The notes: a model not told the origin generated them from the sequence alone. A DNA stretch of 64,000 nt from Yuukianura sp. NJ FZ-2021 (GCA_046563655.1 CM102289.1:6510001-6574000), one strand, 5' to 3'; positions 1 through 13,724 are shown, numbered from the stretch's first letter. A program made the numbers and translations.

Positions 1-1209
1 GACGCTTCACGGCTGTCGTTGTCGTCAGCGTCAGCCATAACTTCCCCACCAGCATCAGTTACTACTGGACAACAAAATCGTCCTCTTTTACCTCCCAAAT
101 CGAATTCAACTGTAACTTTACAAAAATTGTTGAACAGCGGTATTCAATACGGAGATACATCTATAAAGAGTCCAACAGTTTTCCAATTGAATCCTAATCG
201 AATTGTTGCCTCGTCCTTGAGCACGGCGGTGCCAACTGTGGCACATCCTAAGAAAAAGAAAATTAAGAAGATCAAAGACCCTGGGGATTCGGCAATCAAA
301 CTCCAATTGGTGACAAAGGAACCTACAGGATTTGACTATGTGACGCACATTGTCCCTCCAGAGTATGAGGTATGTCAATTTGACGTTTTCACGTCGTTAA
401 AACTTTCATTTAGTTCATTCTAACCATCTAAACTGAAATGTCGTATTCTTTTACAGGGTATGACGCATCCGGAAGCACCCCAGCAGATAGAACCGTCTTT
501 TAAGAATGGAAAAAATGTGTTGCTGCTTCATGAGTTTCCGGGCAAGCTGTTCCTCGAGCCATTTCCGTTTGTAGCCGTTCCTGTTGGACGTAAAAACAAG
601 GAAAAATGGAAGCGGCACTGCCCAAAAATACTTGTAGACTCAGACAACTATCATCCCATGGCTAAGAAACTAAAACGAACCGAATCAATGGAACGCCTAG
701 TACTACTTTCCGCTGGACAATGGATGCGTCACCATCAGAAAAAAGTTTCAGAAAAGCTAGCCATGGGTTCAGTTTCTTCAAACGATGGCGCTGTTGCTGC
801 CCAGCCTCAGCCACCACAACCCACCGCAGATTCGGAACCAGTTTTGAAGAAAGTTTGTTTTCGACTTCATGCCAAGAAACTTTGTAGACCTCATCACGCT
901 CGCAACGGAGGTTCGTATCTGGATGTCACAAAACACGTTGGGCCGCTTATAGAAGTTACGCAAGCGCTCAACGGACTGTCGACTGTAACGCCCAACGACT
1001 TTTCAGCTACACCTTCTTTGGCTAACTTTGACTCTGTCGACATGGTCAATATTGCTGCGGATGGTGTTGGACAGCAACAACAAATGTCGCCAGAGTCCTG
1101 TGAAGAAAATAGTAGCACTTGGATGGTTGAATCGATACCGAACATACCGGATGCCCCTGTAGGCGATAGTGAGTTACATAAATTGTTAGCTTCGCAGTTT
1201 GAAGACTAG
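1..1209 (+). CDS. 3' part of an unidentified protein-coding gene (last two exons)
   Basis: Open frame to 369, GT-AG intron 370-456, in-frame exon 457-1209 ending TAG (…HIVPPEYE|GMTHPEAP…ASQFED). S/T/P/Q-rich with a basic KKKKIKK patch. No family recognised; the 5' end lies outside the window. Confidence 0.7.
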
Positions 1210-3115
1210 TTCAACTTAATTATCTGCTAAGGAACTTCGCCTGAATCGTCGTTTTTGATTCACTCTTCAAAAAACAAAAGCAAAAAAAGGAAGTCTGTAT
1301 TTAATTAATCTGTGACGTTGATTTTTGTGATGAGTTTAAACTCCCTTAAAGCCAATCTGCGGTAATCAGGGAGCTGTCAATTGTCATTTGTCAAAAAGCA
1401 ATAGCATAATATGCTTATGCTTTCAATTTTAAACGGGAAACGCTGTTTAGTTGTAAAAGTTCGCCTGCGTGCGGATAAGTATTAACCGACATTTGGAGTG
1501 TAAAAATGTCTTCAAAATTGCCCTGTGATTTGTATTTTCCGCATAATTTGTAACATACGTAGTTTAATTTAACCGTTTGTTGTGTGACTACGCTGCTCCT
1601 GTGGTAGGGAAGCCGTTTTAAAATTTAGTATAAGGAGTTACAGTTAATTTATGAAAAGACAAGAAACTGAAAACTGAAATGTGTTAAGTTTATGTTTCAG
1701 CCACTGGGTTTTGAACAATGAAACATTTTGACTGAAAATCAACATTATAACCTGCCAATCATCGTTAATTTCTCAATTATGTTCCGTTTATTTAATTTAT
1801 CCTAATCAGAAATCCAGAATTTACGTCTAAAGTTTAAGTAAGTTATTATACCTAAGCAGTTAACTATTATACCTCATATTCAATTATGCAATTACTATGT
1901 GTAATTCTCAAGTTCTTGTGACTCAAAGCGTGTTTTTGTTGTAACAATTAATTGGTTTAGTAATGGTGTTGTACTAAAGACTTCATCAAGTTCAGTTAAT
2001 TAGAACTTGGTGGCATTGTAGCAGCAGCGCTAAAGTATACGTGAAAACATGCAAGAATCAACAAAAAAGAACTGACTTGTACTAAAAAGTTAACACCGAA
2101 TCGGAATCATTAAAACAAATAAATTGCAAATTTATTCTTGGTTGGTCTCAAAATTTAAGGTTTTGGGGTACTACATATTTCGAGAAAATTTTAAGTAAAT
2201 TATAAATTCCTTATGTTTTTAAAAATTTTGTTTGACCAGGTTTTTAACGGAAAAACATTTAAAAAAAAATCAAATGTGTTTTTAGTCTCTGTCCTCCGTG
2301 CACACTAAAAAGTGCAAAACAAACTGTTTTTAGAATTCCGGAACTTGACAAGTTTTGCTTGACAAAATGAGAACTTTTAACGTTGTTATGTTGTTCACTT
2401 GATTTTTATTTGAAAAAGTTGAAAGAAGTCGATTAATTGAAGCATTAATCAGTTAATTAATTCAAAAATGGAAAGTTTAGGGAATTTGCCAAAAGAATTG
2501 GAAACAGAACGAGAATTATAGCGACTTTTTACTTGATCTTGTGAGATGGGAAGGGGATGATAAAGTGGGCTGAATCAATACAGCGCCAGGCACTCGATTC
2601 AAACTCTGTAGTGTTTGCCTTCTCTTTTTTTTAATCTGTCAAAAAAAGTTGTTGCTACTGAATCTGAATCAGAAGGATTCAGGATTAGTCACTTTTTTTA
2701 ACCAGTGTTTGCATGATAAGTGAAAAATGATGTCAATTTAGTCAGACTGCCGATAGCCGATTGTCGTAGAATAGGAACAGTTGACCGCTGGTTGTCCTTC
2801 ACCTTCGTTCATTGTCACTCTTTTCTACATTTGGTAAGGTAAATATTTGTTTTTGGTTGTAAATGTTACATTGCATTGCAGTTGTACATTTTAATGGTTG
2901 CAATATTTATTGCTCATTATAAAAGTCATTTTGTTAATTATTATTGTGCAGGCAAGAAGATTGTTCCATATATAAACGCAGACAGATCTGTTTCCGGTCC
3001 CGTCTGCGGTAGCATCGTAAAAAGTTAAACGGTTTAACGAGGTGTTGCAAACCGATTCAGAGACATCAATTTTATCTACTAATTGTGGAACTCGATAACC
3101 AAAATTCAATACGAC

Positions 3116-6100
3116 ATGGCATACCGTAAGATGTTTTTCACTTTCGAACGTTATTTTTTCAAGAAGGCACTTAATTTAATTATAATTCTAAATCCATAGG
3201 TCAAGGAAATATTTCAAAGTATCGGAACTACAAGGCTGCCCCGCTTCACCAACGGTTTTATATTGACAATTTGCACAACATCGCGACTACTTGTCCAAGT
3301 GAGAGTGAATTGGTTCAAGGTAAGATAAGGAAATCGAATGACGCTAAATATAATAAAGTTTTGTTTTTGAAATGTCAATATTTGCTCTTGTGTGGTTTCG
3401 TTTTCAGCAAATCCAGATCGTGTTGCAGTGCCGTTAAACAAAGCTGGAGGAAAGATTGCTATTTTTGAGCTGTCAAAACCGGGCCGTCAAGAAGGAGGAG
3501 TAATTCCAGCGCTTGTACACGGAACAAAGGTGATGGACTTTGCATGGGATCCATTTGACAACACGAGACTCGTTGCTGGTTGTGACGATGGAAGACTTTG
3601 GGTTTGGAGCATTCCTTCATCCGGACTTGACGAATCTACAAACTCTCCTGAGTATATCATGAACGCACACTCGGAAAAGATTTACTTTGTGAAATTCCAT
3701 CCCTTGGTATCAAACGTCCTTGCTACTGGATCTCACGATTCTACAATCCGGATTTGGGATCTCGACAAACAAGCACAAATGATTCTCATTCATATTCCTT
3801 CTCACTTTGTAAGTCGAATTCATCCGAATCAGAAATCGTACGTCACTTTCTAACTTTCAATTTTTACCGGTTGCAGATACAAGTTTTTTGCTTTGCCTGG
3901 AGTCCATGTGGAGCTAAGTTCGGAATTGTATGCAAGGATGGAAAAGTACGAGTGTATGAACCAAGGGTGTCAGTTGATCCGATATTGGAAGCACAAGGTC
4001 CTAATGGAGTTCGTGGTGGTCGCCTTGTTTGGGTTCTGGATGGAAAATATCTAATTGTCGCCGGATTTGACCGGTACGCAATCCTGATCTTAGATTTTTA
4101 CAACTTCTAGCTGCATAAAACTTAAACTTTGCTGAATTCTTAGTTGCTCGGAGCGACAACTTCACATGTTTTCGGCCAGCGATTTAGAGCGAGTGACCAC
4201 ACTCGCATTGGATTCTTCCCCAACAGTGTTAATTCCATTTTATGACGAGGATAGCTCCGTGTTGCTTTTGAGTGGAAGGGTAAGTACTAAATTAGTACTA
4301 CCAATGGTTAACACGAATAGTTTCTGACCTACTCTTTATCGACTAAATTCAATAGGGTGATGTCACCATTTTTGCGTTCGATGTCGTTGCTGAAGCACCA
4401 TTCATTCGCCAGCTTGGACATCATCGTTGCAGCGGACCGCATTTGGGAATTTCTTTTTTGAAGAAGGTGGCATGTGACGTTAAAATTGTGGAATTTGCAA
4501 GAGGATTGAGACTCACCGAGTCAGCTCTGGAGCCTTGGAGTTTCACTGTTCCAAGAGTGAAGGTCTGCAACTATATCTAATGAATACATTTCAAAGTTTT
4601 AGTTGTAAATCTTAACGTGGTTGTTTATTTTGCAGAACGATTACTTCCAAGAAGATTTGTTTCCTCCAACTAAATGTCTTTGGGAACCAACAATGAGTAG
4701 CACGGAGTGGTTTGCAGGGCAAAATGTCAGACCAAAACGCGTCAGCCTTAAGCCCTTACATATGAAATCAAGTAAGAAGTTACCGTAAAACTTGAGCAAG
4801 TTCAGATCTTTAATTTTTTTACTCTGCCTATTCTTTGCAGCGAATATTTTGCCAGAAACGCGCTGGAGACCGGGACGAACTGACTCTAAGAGCTCCGTGA
4901 CTTCGGAAGACAACGAACCAAATTGCAAAATTCCAGACGACCACAATGTGGTTCCCGTGGAGGAAGTGAAAATGATGGAAAAGGAGAATTTTGAAACTCA
5001 AGACGATGCATATGACAAAGAGAACAATGAATGTGAATCTGACAATTCACGGAGGGGATCCGTTCCAGAACCGTTACCACGAAAGAAGTCTGTTTCTGGC
5101 TCATCTTCTGACGAAGTGACAGACGCAAATGGACGTCCTGTTCCACGACCGAGATTCAAAACTAATGTCAGTATGAGTAATCAACTATTATTGTTTTATC
5201 TCACATCTCTAATCTTATTCTTGTATTAGGGAATCCCTATGCTGAGAACCCCTAGTTCATTCCTGGCTAAGAGAATTTCAAGTTTGAACCGAAGTAGTTC
5301 GACGGAAGAGGAGGATCTTTGTGGTAATGGGCTACCAACTTATGCCGAAGCGACAGAAATGGAGCGCAACAATAGCAGTACTAAGAACGGCAATGAAGAC
5401 ACTGTTCGTTTAATTCAGCTTGCAGACGTCCCATTTCGTCAAGCAGAAGAGGCGACCGAGAAAGGCACAATCCATTCAGCAGCCGAACTGTCAACGTCAA
5501 ACGGAAATCATGAAAATGTCAAAGACGCAAACGCTGCAACGGCGCCTGATGTTGAAGACGGATCAACACTGGAGGAGGAGGTGGAAAATGCAAATGAACC
5601 GTTGACAAACGAGCCATCGATTCCATCTCGCGAAGAAACTCCAGAGAGACAGCTTACTGTGGCCGAACGACTGAAGCTTTTTAACCAAAATTTGTCGGAA
5701 AATAGTGCACCAACCGGAAACAGTGAATGGAAAAGGAAACCAGAAAGTGTTCATATTCAACCACCGCCTCAATCTACCACAGCTCCTGCACCAGTTACTG
5801 CTGCATTAGCTCCAGCTCCAACTCAAACTGCCAACGGAGAGAAACAAAAGGAAGTTAGGCACTTGGCACCATTTAGCAAGCCGGAACGAAAGATACCAGC
5901 ACAACAAATGGCATCATCTGGAGTTGAAACGGAAAAGGAGCCTGTCCGAAAAAGACTTGAAACAGTATTCGGTAAATTATCACAACTTTATGAATCTTCG
6001 ACTTCATTTTTATGGTATTTTCTATTATTTTTAGGCCAAGTTTCTAAATATCGGAATTTCAAGGCCGCTCCACTCCATAAGAAATTTCACATTGAAAATC

Positions 6101-8068
6101 TACGTACAATTAGTACGACATGTCCCGGGGAAAGTGAGCTAATTCAAGGTAAAAACTTGTAATACTGTGCGTATTTTTAGTGTTTCAGATAAACTTTGCT
6201 ACGAATTTTCAAAAAAAAAAAATTTTTTTTTAGCAAATCCGGATCGGTTGGCCGTGCCGTTGAACACTCCTGGTGGAAAATTGGCGATTTTCGAAGTTGC
6301 TAAAGCAGGACGTCAAGCCGATGGAGTCATTCCTGCTCTTGTTCATGGAACCAAAATTATGGACTTCATGTGGGATCCATTCGACAATGCAAGATTGGTA
6401 GTTGGATGTGATGATGGCCGAATTTTCATCTGGACAATCCCGGAAGATGGTCTCAAGGAGCAAACAAATGAACCAGATTATAGCATCTACGCACACTCAG
6501 AAAAGATATTCTTCACACGATTCCATCCCTTGGCAAAGGATGTGTTAGCAACAGGCTCTTATGATCTGACGATTCGAATTTGGGATCTGGATCAGCGAGA
6601 GGCGGAGATTTTGATTCAATTGGATACTGCACAGGTTTGAATTTAAAATATGCAAGTTTATCTAAAAAAAAATGAATTAAATTGCATGATGGAAATATCT
6701 TTTCAGATTCAAATATTCAGTTTCTCATGGAGTCCTTGTGGTTCCAAATTCGCTACAGCCTGTAAAGACGGAAAAGTGCGAATCTATCAGCCAAGAATCA
6801 GTACGGATCCGGAGTTGGAAGCAGTCGGTCCAGCTGGTGTTCGTGGCGGGCGTGTCGTTTGGGTTCTTGATGGAAAATATCTGGTTGTAGCAGGATTTGA
6901 CAGGTAAAAATTCATGCTAAAGTCCGTAATGTTAGATTTTTTGAAATTTCGACGATTGACTTCTCGCTGTGGTTTTTCCAGATCTTCAGAACGACAGCTC
7001 CATGTGTACTCATCCGAAGACTTAACCAAAGTGTTCACAACCTCTCTTGATGTGTCGCCAGCCATCTTGGTTCCGTTCTATGATGAAGACAGTTCGATCT
7101 TGTTTCTCAGCGGCAGAGTAAGCTTTTCAGTATAAGAAACGTTTAGTAGACAAAAATATTTACATATGATTATTTTTATAAATATAGGGTGACAGTACAA
7201 TTTTTGCCTTTGACGTTGTTGAAGACTCGCCTCCACTTAAGAAACTGAGCGACCATCGCTGCGCAGGAGCCCATCAAGGCATTTCTTTTTTGAAGAAAAA
7301 TGCATGTGACGTACGAAATGTGGAATTTGCAAAGGCATGGCGGTTGACTGAATCTGTTGCCGAACCTTGGTCTTTCACCGTGCCGCGCGTGAAAGTAATT
7401 TTAAATATTGAATTGAACAACATTATGACATTGTAGCTCAAACGATGACTTACGTTAATTTTATACACATTTTAGAATGAGTTCTTTCAAGACGATTTGT
7501 TCCCGCCTACAAAATGTCTATGGGAACCAACAATGGACAGTCAGGAGTGGTTTTCTGGAGGGTCTGCGAAACCCAGACGAATTAGCCTCAAGCCAACGAA
7601 TATGAAAGCGGGTAAGCAAAAAAGTTTAATTATTTTGAATGCTATTCTCAAAAGATTTGCTTTACTTTCAATTTTTTGAAATCTGATTTGATTAAGTTGG
7701 AGAAGTAAATGTTTCATCAGCTGCCGCAGCCACAACGGAGGCTCAGGGCAAAGGTGACGTTGGACAGAAGAATGGAACCAAAATTGGAACAGATATTTCT
7801 AAAATCAAGGATTCGGCCGCTGTATGGCACAAATTACTACCACAGCTTTGGACTTGTAACAAAATAATTATTTTTTGTGTGTCATTTTAGTACGAACTGG
7901 AGGATGCCATAAAGCAGAAGATGGTTCTGAACATGAAGTTGGAGCAGGATTCAATGGAAGGAGTGGATGAGTCAGAATGGGTGAGCGGAACTGCAAATTG
8001 AAACCTGACGCTTGGATTTAATTGTTAAACTAATTTGCTTCTTCCGTTTTTTTTAGAATGAGGATTGA
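3116..8068 (+). CDS. pod1: Coronin-7/pod1-like WD40 actin-binding protein with two coronin modules, a long acidic/Pro-rich linker and an acidic C-terminal tail
   Basis: Spliced start MAYR|QGNISKYRN (ATG 3116, intron 3126-3199). Repeated motifs ANPDR.AVPL, MDF.WDPFD, FHPL..VLATGS, WSPCG, PFYDEDSS, CDV..VEFA, FQ.DLFPPT. C-terminus LEQDSMEGVDESEW|NED* is typical of coronin-7. Confidence 0.92.
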
Positions 8069-10373
8069 ACTAGGCCAATGTCATTTTTTGAAGAAAAACG
8101 CCCAGTGTTTGACACAAAAGACAATGTCAAAGTTTTGCAAATTGGATAACAAACTTAAAATTAAGCGTGTTTTGTCAAAATTTAACGAATACTCTTTTCA
8201 TCCAAACATATCTAGTCTAGTTAAAAATGCCTTCTCGTTTTGCATGTTTGGTGTATTGAATGCTCTATCACAATTCTCCTAACTTAATTGTTTACAATAC
8301 TCTACTCAGTATTCCTCAAATCTAGTCTATTGTTTTAGTTTTATCGATTAATTGGAATCGAATGCTGTGAAACACTGCTTCATTTTAAGTTTTTACTAAC
8401 AATGGAAAAATTAGTTGGAACAAGGTAATGTAGACTATAAAAAGGGAGTAACAAGTTGCCGCAATTTTCTTAGGATTGTTTACTCTTAACTGTTATAAAA
8501 CGTCACAAACTCATAAGAGTGCTAAAATTAGTGTTTACAGTTAACTTGAATCACGGAAGTTTACATTTCCTAAATCCTTTCTCACTTTTTGCCTCTACCA
8601 TCGAAACTGCCTCTATCGCTCACAACGTGTTCTTAAAAAAATTATAAAATTGCTGACAATGCAATTTGTGCAGCATGGTGACAGACGGACGTGTGCTTTT
8701 TGTCAAGGTCAACATAGGTCAAATGATCATTGTCAGCGTTTTGATAAACAATATGTTCATGTACACGCGCAAACAGAATGCCTAAAACACATCGACTTAA
8801 GCACCAATCCTACATTTATGCTGTTCAGACTTTCAAAATTTAAGACTCAAAATGCAAAGCACAATTTAGCATATGATCTGAACTTTTTTTTATAAAACGA
8901 ACATTTGGATACATTTTTTTAAATCAAAACTTTCATGTGTGTAGTTTCTAAGTGCTTAGAATTGTGCGATGTTTGGTTTGTAATTTAGCAAGATGTAAGT
9001 GTGTCGTTATCGTTCAAAAACTTTTGGAAATAAATTCGTTTTGGTTTTCAATTTTGAAATGTGAATGTTTTCAAATTCAAAATTTTGAGTATAATTGAAA
9101 AACTGAATACTCTTCGTGTAGTACCGGCATCGCACGTAAGGAAGGACTAAAGTAAGGAAGTAAGGACTTCGTGCTGTTTCGAATTTACTAAAACTGCATT
9201 TTGCAATGAAATTTTCGGGGTTGAAATGAAGTGTACAAAGTACATCTACTATTACAATTGTGCAAAATAAATATACATGCTTTCTCATTGGCTGTTCAGA
9301 GATTGGGAATTGCAAAACGTCGTCGAAGAGGGTGTTTGGATGGTGTTGCTGTTCAAATGCTAGTGGGGAACTGTACGAACAGCGTAGGTTCTCAAACAAC
9401 CAAACAGTAAAATGTTCTTTCTCAAAGCAATTCAGCCACTTCTGTGGTTGCAGATCACTTTCAACTTAGTATAGAGTTACAAATTTCTCACGCTTTTTGC
9501 ACATTATACTTCCCTGTCAAGTTTCTGCCACAAGTGGTAACCCTCCAAGCTCTGTCACGCTGTCAGGAACAAGTCAGTCGGACGGCTTCGGCTTAAGCTT
9601 TTAGTGAAAGCTTTACGTGAGCTTAAGCATCGCCGAAATAACTTTCAACCACTTCCATTCTAGTAGTTTTATGTCATGATTTGTTCAGTTTTTTTTATTT
9701 TAGATTGTATTTATATATGTGACATTTTAGATAACGTGTGCACGTAGTTTTAGAAAAGTAACATCATTTTTTCACAGTTGCACTCAACATTTAATAAAAT
9801 GTTAGGCTTGGAGAATAACTTGTGAACCAAAGAAAATTATGTAAAAGTTGGCTTTGGTATAAATTTAAACCAGGTCAGTTTCATTTTTCTGATTTTGGAA
9901 AAATGGCTTTAGGCAATTCCAAATTGGCAGGTAGGCTTAGTTACGACTAAAAAAAACTTTCAGCTGTAGACAATGTTAAAAAGCATATAGGATCGTGACC
10001 TGTTTTTTAGTTGATATTTGCAATTTAATTTGTGAGGACACACGTCACAGTAAAAGCCACAAGTTAACTTTGGAAATAAAAACAAGTTTCAAATAGCCTT
10101 GACTTGACTTTTTTCCAAAGAACAATTTGCTATACAAATGCATTTGTCCAAGCATTACCAAAAAAATGGAACATTTTGGAATTAATTCTTGGAACTTGTA
10201 AGTTGAGTGGAAGACGTGTGCAGTTCCAAATTATAAAATGCTACCCAGAACAGACAAATTTTTCAAAAGAAAAGTTAACTTCTAAAGACGGTAGAAAGTT
10301 CTGCACCTTCACTGAAATCGACATAAGGATTTTTAAAAGTTGTAACTTTAAAATCGTCTCGAAAGTTTTCAAA

Positions 10374-11695
10374 ATGTTCTTACTGTTGTTGGCTTTATTT
10401 GCGTCGGCCACCGCGCAATCGCCAATGTCTTCAGTTTGTCAGGGCTTTAATCCGCCACTACCGAATCCTTATCTGGCAATGGCAGTGTCTCCTTATACGA
10501 AAGAGCAATGGACACCATGGGACCATCCAGGAACGACGTTGAAAGATGTCCAAGAAATTGTCAACCTAGTCGGACCTTGTACAAGAGCTATAACTACGTA
10601 CAGTATGGGAGTTTACAGTAAGACAAGAATTTTTTTTAGAATTTTAGAATTTTTTTTAGCTTTTTGCTGTGAGCTTTTGGCTTCCTTTTAAAAAAAATCG
10701 CGGTACCAATTCTGAAAATAACGAAAATTTTCGACATTTTTGTGGTGTGCTATACGCAATGAAAATGATCCAAGAATACCGTATTGCCTGGAATATATTT
10801 ACCGCGCTAATTTTCGTCATTTGAAATCATTACAGAGGGTAACTACCAAGATCCTGGCGGTTGGGCTGGTCCTAAAATGTTTCGCAATGCTCTGATACCA
10901 ATAGCTGCCGCCAACTACAACCTTGACAACCCTCAAAACGATGGAACCGTGGCTATAACTGTCACTCCCGGAATTTACCAAATTGACGACGACTTGGCTG
11001 TTCAAAAAACAGAAATTGAAAACGCTTTCCTAGCTGCTGACTACGCCAATGGAGTAGTTAAAGGAACTGTTAAAAGTATTGTGTTTACAAACGAGTATAT
11101 TACAAATTATGCCAGAGGATTTTATGTTTATGGGTTACTACTACGCAGCAAAAGTAGAGCTGAACGTTCCAATATTAAGATTGGTGTTAGAATTCACACT
11201 TGTTGGGCAATGGATCCTAATCCTAATGAATGGATTCGTAATCAAGCAGATTACGCGCCTCTCAAGAACATTTTGACCGAAATTGCTAAAATTTCGGATT
11301 TTGTGATGTGCAATATCTACCCGCCGGCACCCTTTAATTCAGCCAATATTGGTTGGGCAGTTGGTAATGTCACTCAAATGTACACTGCTGCTAAGAAGGG
11401 GTTTCAAAGTGTCAATCAAAATATCAATGTCATTCTTGGTGAAACGGGGTGGTCATCTGATCTTCCCAATTTTTACAATGCACAGCAATACAACACTCCA
11501 AAGAACCTAATTGCGTACTGGAAAGCAATTAACACTTGGTGTAACGCTAACAAAGTGGAGTGTAACATGTTTGAAGCCATTGATGAATCATGGAAGAATA
11601 GATCTGATCAGGGAGGAGCTCTGGGTGGTGAAACTAAATTTGGCTTATGGGTTAGAGACGGAACTGGAAAATACATTGGGAAAGATAAATTATAA
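10374..11695 (+). CDS. Secreted glycoside hydrolase family 17-like beta-1,3-glucanase/glucanosyltransferase (2 exons)
   Basis: Signal peptide MFLLLLALFASATA; intron 10618-10835. GH17-type motifs IVFTNEY (acid/base Glu), VILGETGWSS (nucleophile Glu), FEAIDESWK and ETKFGLW. Confidence 0.82.
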
Positions 11696-12417
11696 TTTAA
11701 CTTCAAACACAATTAGTTCCGGTTGATTACAATAAAATTCAAATTTTCCATTTATTCGGATAAAAACAAAATTTTGTTGTTTCTATGTTGTTGTTTATTA
11801 AAAATCCGGGAAGCGAGCTGCATTTGCGTCAGCAACTCTGAATTTCAATTTTCAAAACCGTCGTTGAATAGTAATTCATTAAGCTTTATGTGGTACATAA
11901 TAGTGCAACTACCTTGCCAAAAACAAAGGATTTATAAAAAAAAAAAACAGAGATTGCACAAATTTTGAATAAATTATTTTCACTTTTACTCTGCATTTGA
12001 AATTTTCGGCTTATTTGGTAGTTATAATTTTATTACTCATCTGAACTTCTTTGTTGCTTACTTTGGCACAAACAAATTTTCATTTCAATTCAGTTGATTT
12101 TACGGTTTGATTTTTATTAGTATGAGGGTAATCCAGTTGTCCAGAGAGTAGATTTGCAACTAAAGATCATTAACCTGCGTCATTGCGCAAATTTAGATTA
12201 GTATGCTAGATCATGTGTGTTTTGATGATCATGACGATGATGCTGATTCCTAGAACGTTATCTTACAGTAAACAGTGATTTCGAGGAACTAGGAAACAAC
12301 ACCAGGGAGCGGCAAATAAAAACAGTGAAAACGAAAGTACTCGACACCATACCGTTCTGAGCAATTCAAAAGAGCATTCCAACTTCTACAAAACTTTCTT
12401 GGAAAAGCGTTACTGAA

Positions 12418-12718
12418 ATGGTGTCAAAGTTTAACTTCAATTTCTTTCTTGGTAATTAACACAATTCAAAATGATTAGTTGTCTATCATTACAAAATCGT
12501 CAAACTAATTTTTTTTTTGTTTCTTAGCTTTTGCTGTTATTTTTGGAGTTGGTGTGTTAGTAAGTGACGTTTTATCGGAACCACTTCAAAATCGGCAGTG
12601 CATTGGACCACTTCAACCTTGCGTTTCAGCGACATCTTGTTGCACCGGAAAATGCAATTTGTTTGAGATGAAGTGCTGGTGCACACCAAATCGATACACT
12701 TGTCCCCCAGGAAAATAG
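12418..12718 (+). CDS. Small secreted cysteine-rich knottin (ICK)-like peptide, 2 exons; absent from the ORF track
   Basis: Exon 12418-12451, GT-AG intron 12452-12527, exon 12528-12718: MVSKFNFNFFLAFAVIFGVGVLVSDVLSEPLQNRQCIGPLQPCVSATSCCTGKCNLFEMKCWCTPNRYTCPPGK*. AATAAA at 12861. Confidence 0.8.
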
Positions 12719-13724
12719 GTTTTACAAAAGCGTTGAAAAGTAAATTTGAAAAAGGTGTGTAAGTTTAAAAAATTTAAAAAAAAAATTGTTTTTGAATTTT
12801 TTCCAGATGTACGTCAAGAAAAGGATTTTTGTATGAGTAGAGTAGCAAGGCAAGAGTGCAAATAAATTCATTTTTAACTCAAATGTTTTTTCTTCCTCCT
12901 TTTTTTTTGCTAGCTTGATTATTCTTCATCAACATTTTTCTCAACGTAAAATTCTAATTTTTGTCAAAAATTTGAAAAACTAATTGTCATTAATTTTTTC
13001 ACGGACGTCATCATATATTTTGTTTTCAAGTTTGGTACTGGTTAACCAAGTCTTGTGACGTTTGTTGTATGAAACGGAAAGCATTTGACCAAAGAAGTGC
13101 TTTGCCTCTGAAATTTTTTTGACGACCAGCACGAGGAAGTTAGTCATTCAATTCCGACTGCTTTTTGCTTATTCAATTCCCAGAAAGATTTGTTACCACT
13201 TCCAGTTTATGGGACTGTGTGATGAGGATGGTACTGCCGAATTGTGAAGCATTACAAGCGTCACTGCGATTTCTATGTAAAGTTTTGTTAGCGTCGGGGG
13301 ATGAATTTTGTCTGTGTTAGTCTATATCCTTTTTCTCTTAATCCCCTTCCTAATAAGTTGGCTTGTAACGACAGAATCATAAGTAAAAACTTTAACATTT
13401 GGTTAGACAGAGTTGCACTTTTAGACAACAATTTTAAGTCTAGGCTTTGCTAATGTTTTGAATTCCGCAAAAAAAAATTGCAGGACTTTCATGAGTTCAA
13501 CGAAACAGTGGCTGCGGGCCTGCTTGGTGTAAAAGTCAAACCATCCTTCTGCTGACGATTTGCAGCCTTCTTTGTGCCAATTTCTCGGCAGTCAAAGTTT
13601 TGACATGGTCGAATGCGGCCACTTTACAATTGCTCTTTAGTGTAACTTATAAAGTAGAATTTCAAATTGTAGAATTTGTTTAGTCTACTTTTGTCACAAG
13701 TGAAACGATTTTTGCTTCTTCAAC

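Noticed and set aside
8058..9469. Short ORFs downstream of the coronin gene
   Set aside because: AT-rich 3' UTR/intergenic sequence with no splice-consistent model or motif.
10104..10373. N-terminal extension of the ORF-track call 10104-10691
   Set aside because: Starts at TTG and spans a TATA-like box; the signal-peptide ATG at 10374 is the credible start.
13080..13700. Moderately GC-richer stretch that might hold upstream C2A exons or a decayed gene
   Set aside because: The frames I checked contain stops and no recognisable motif.
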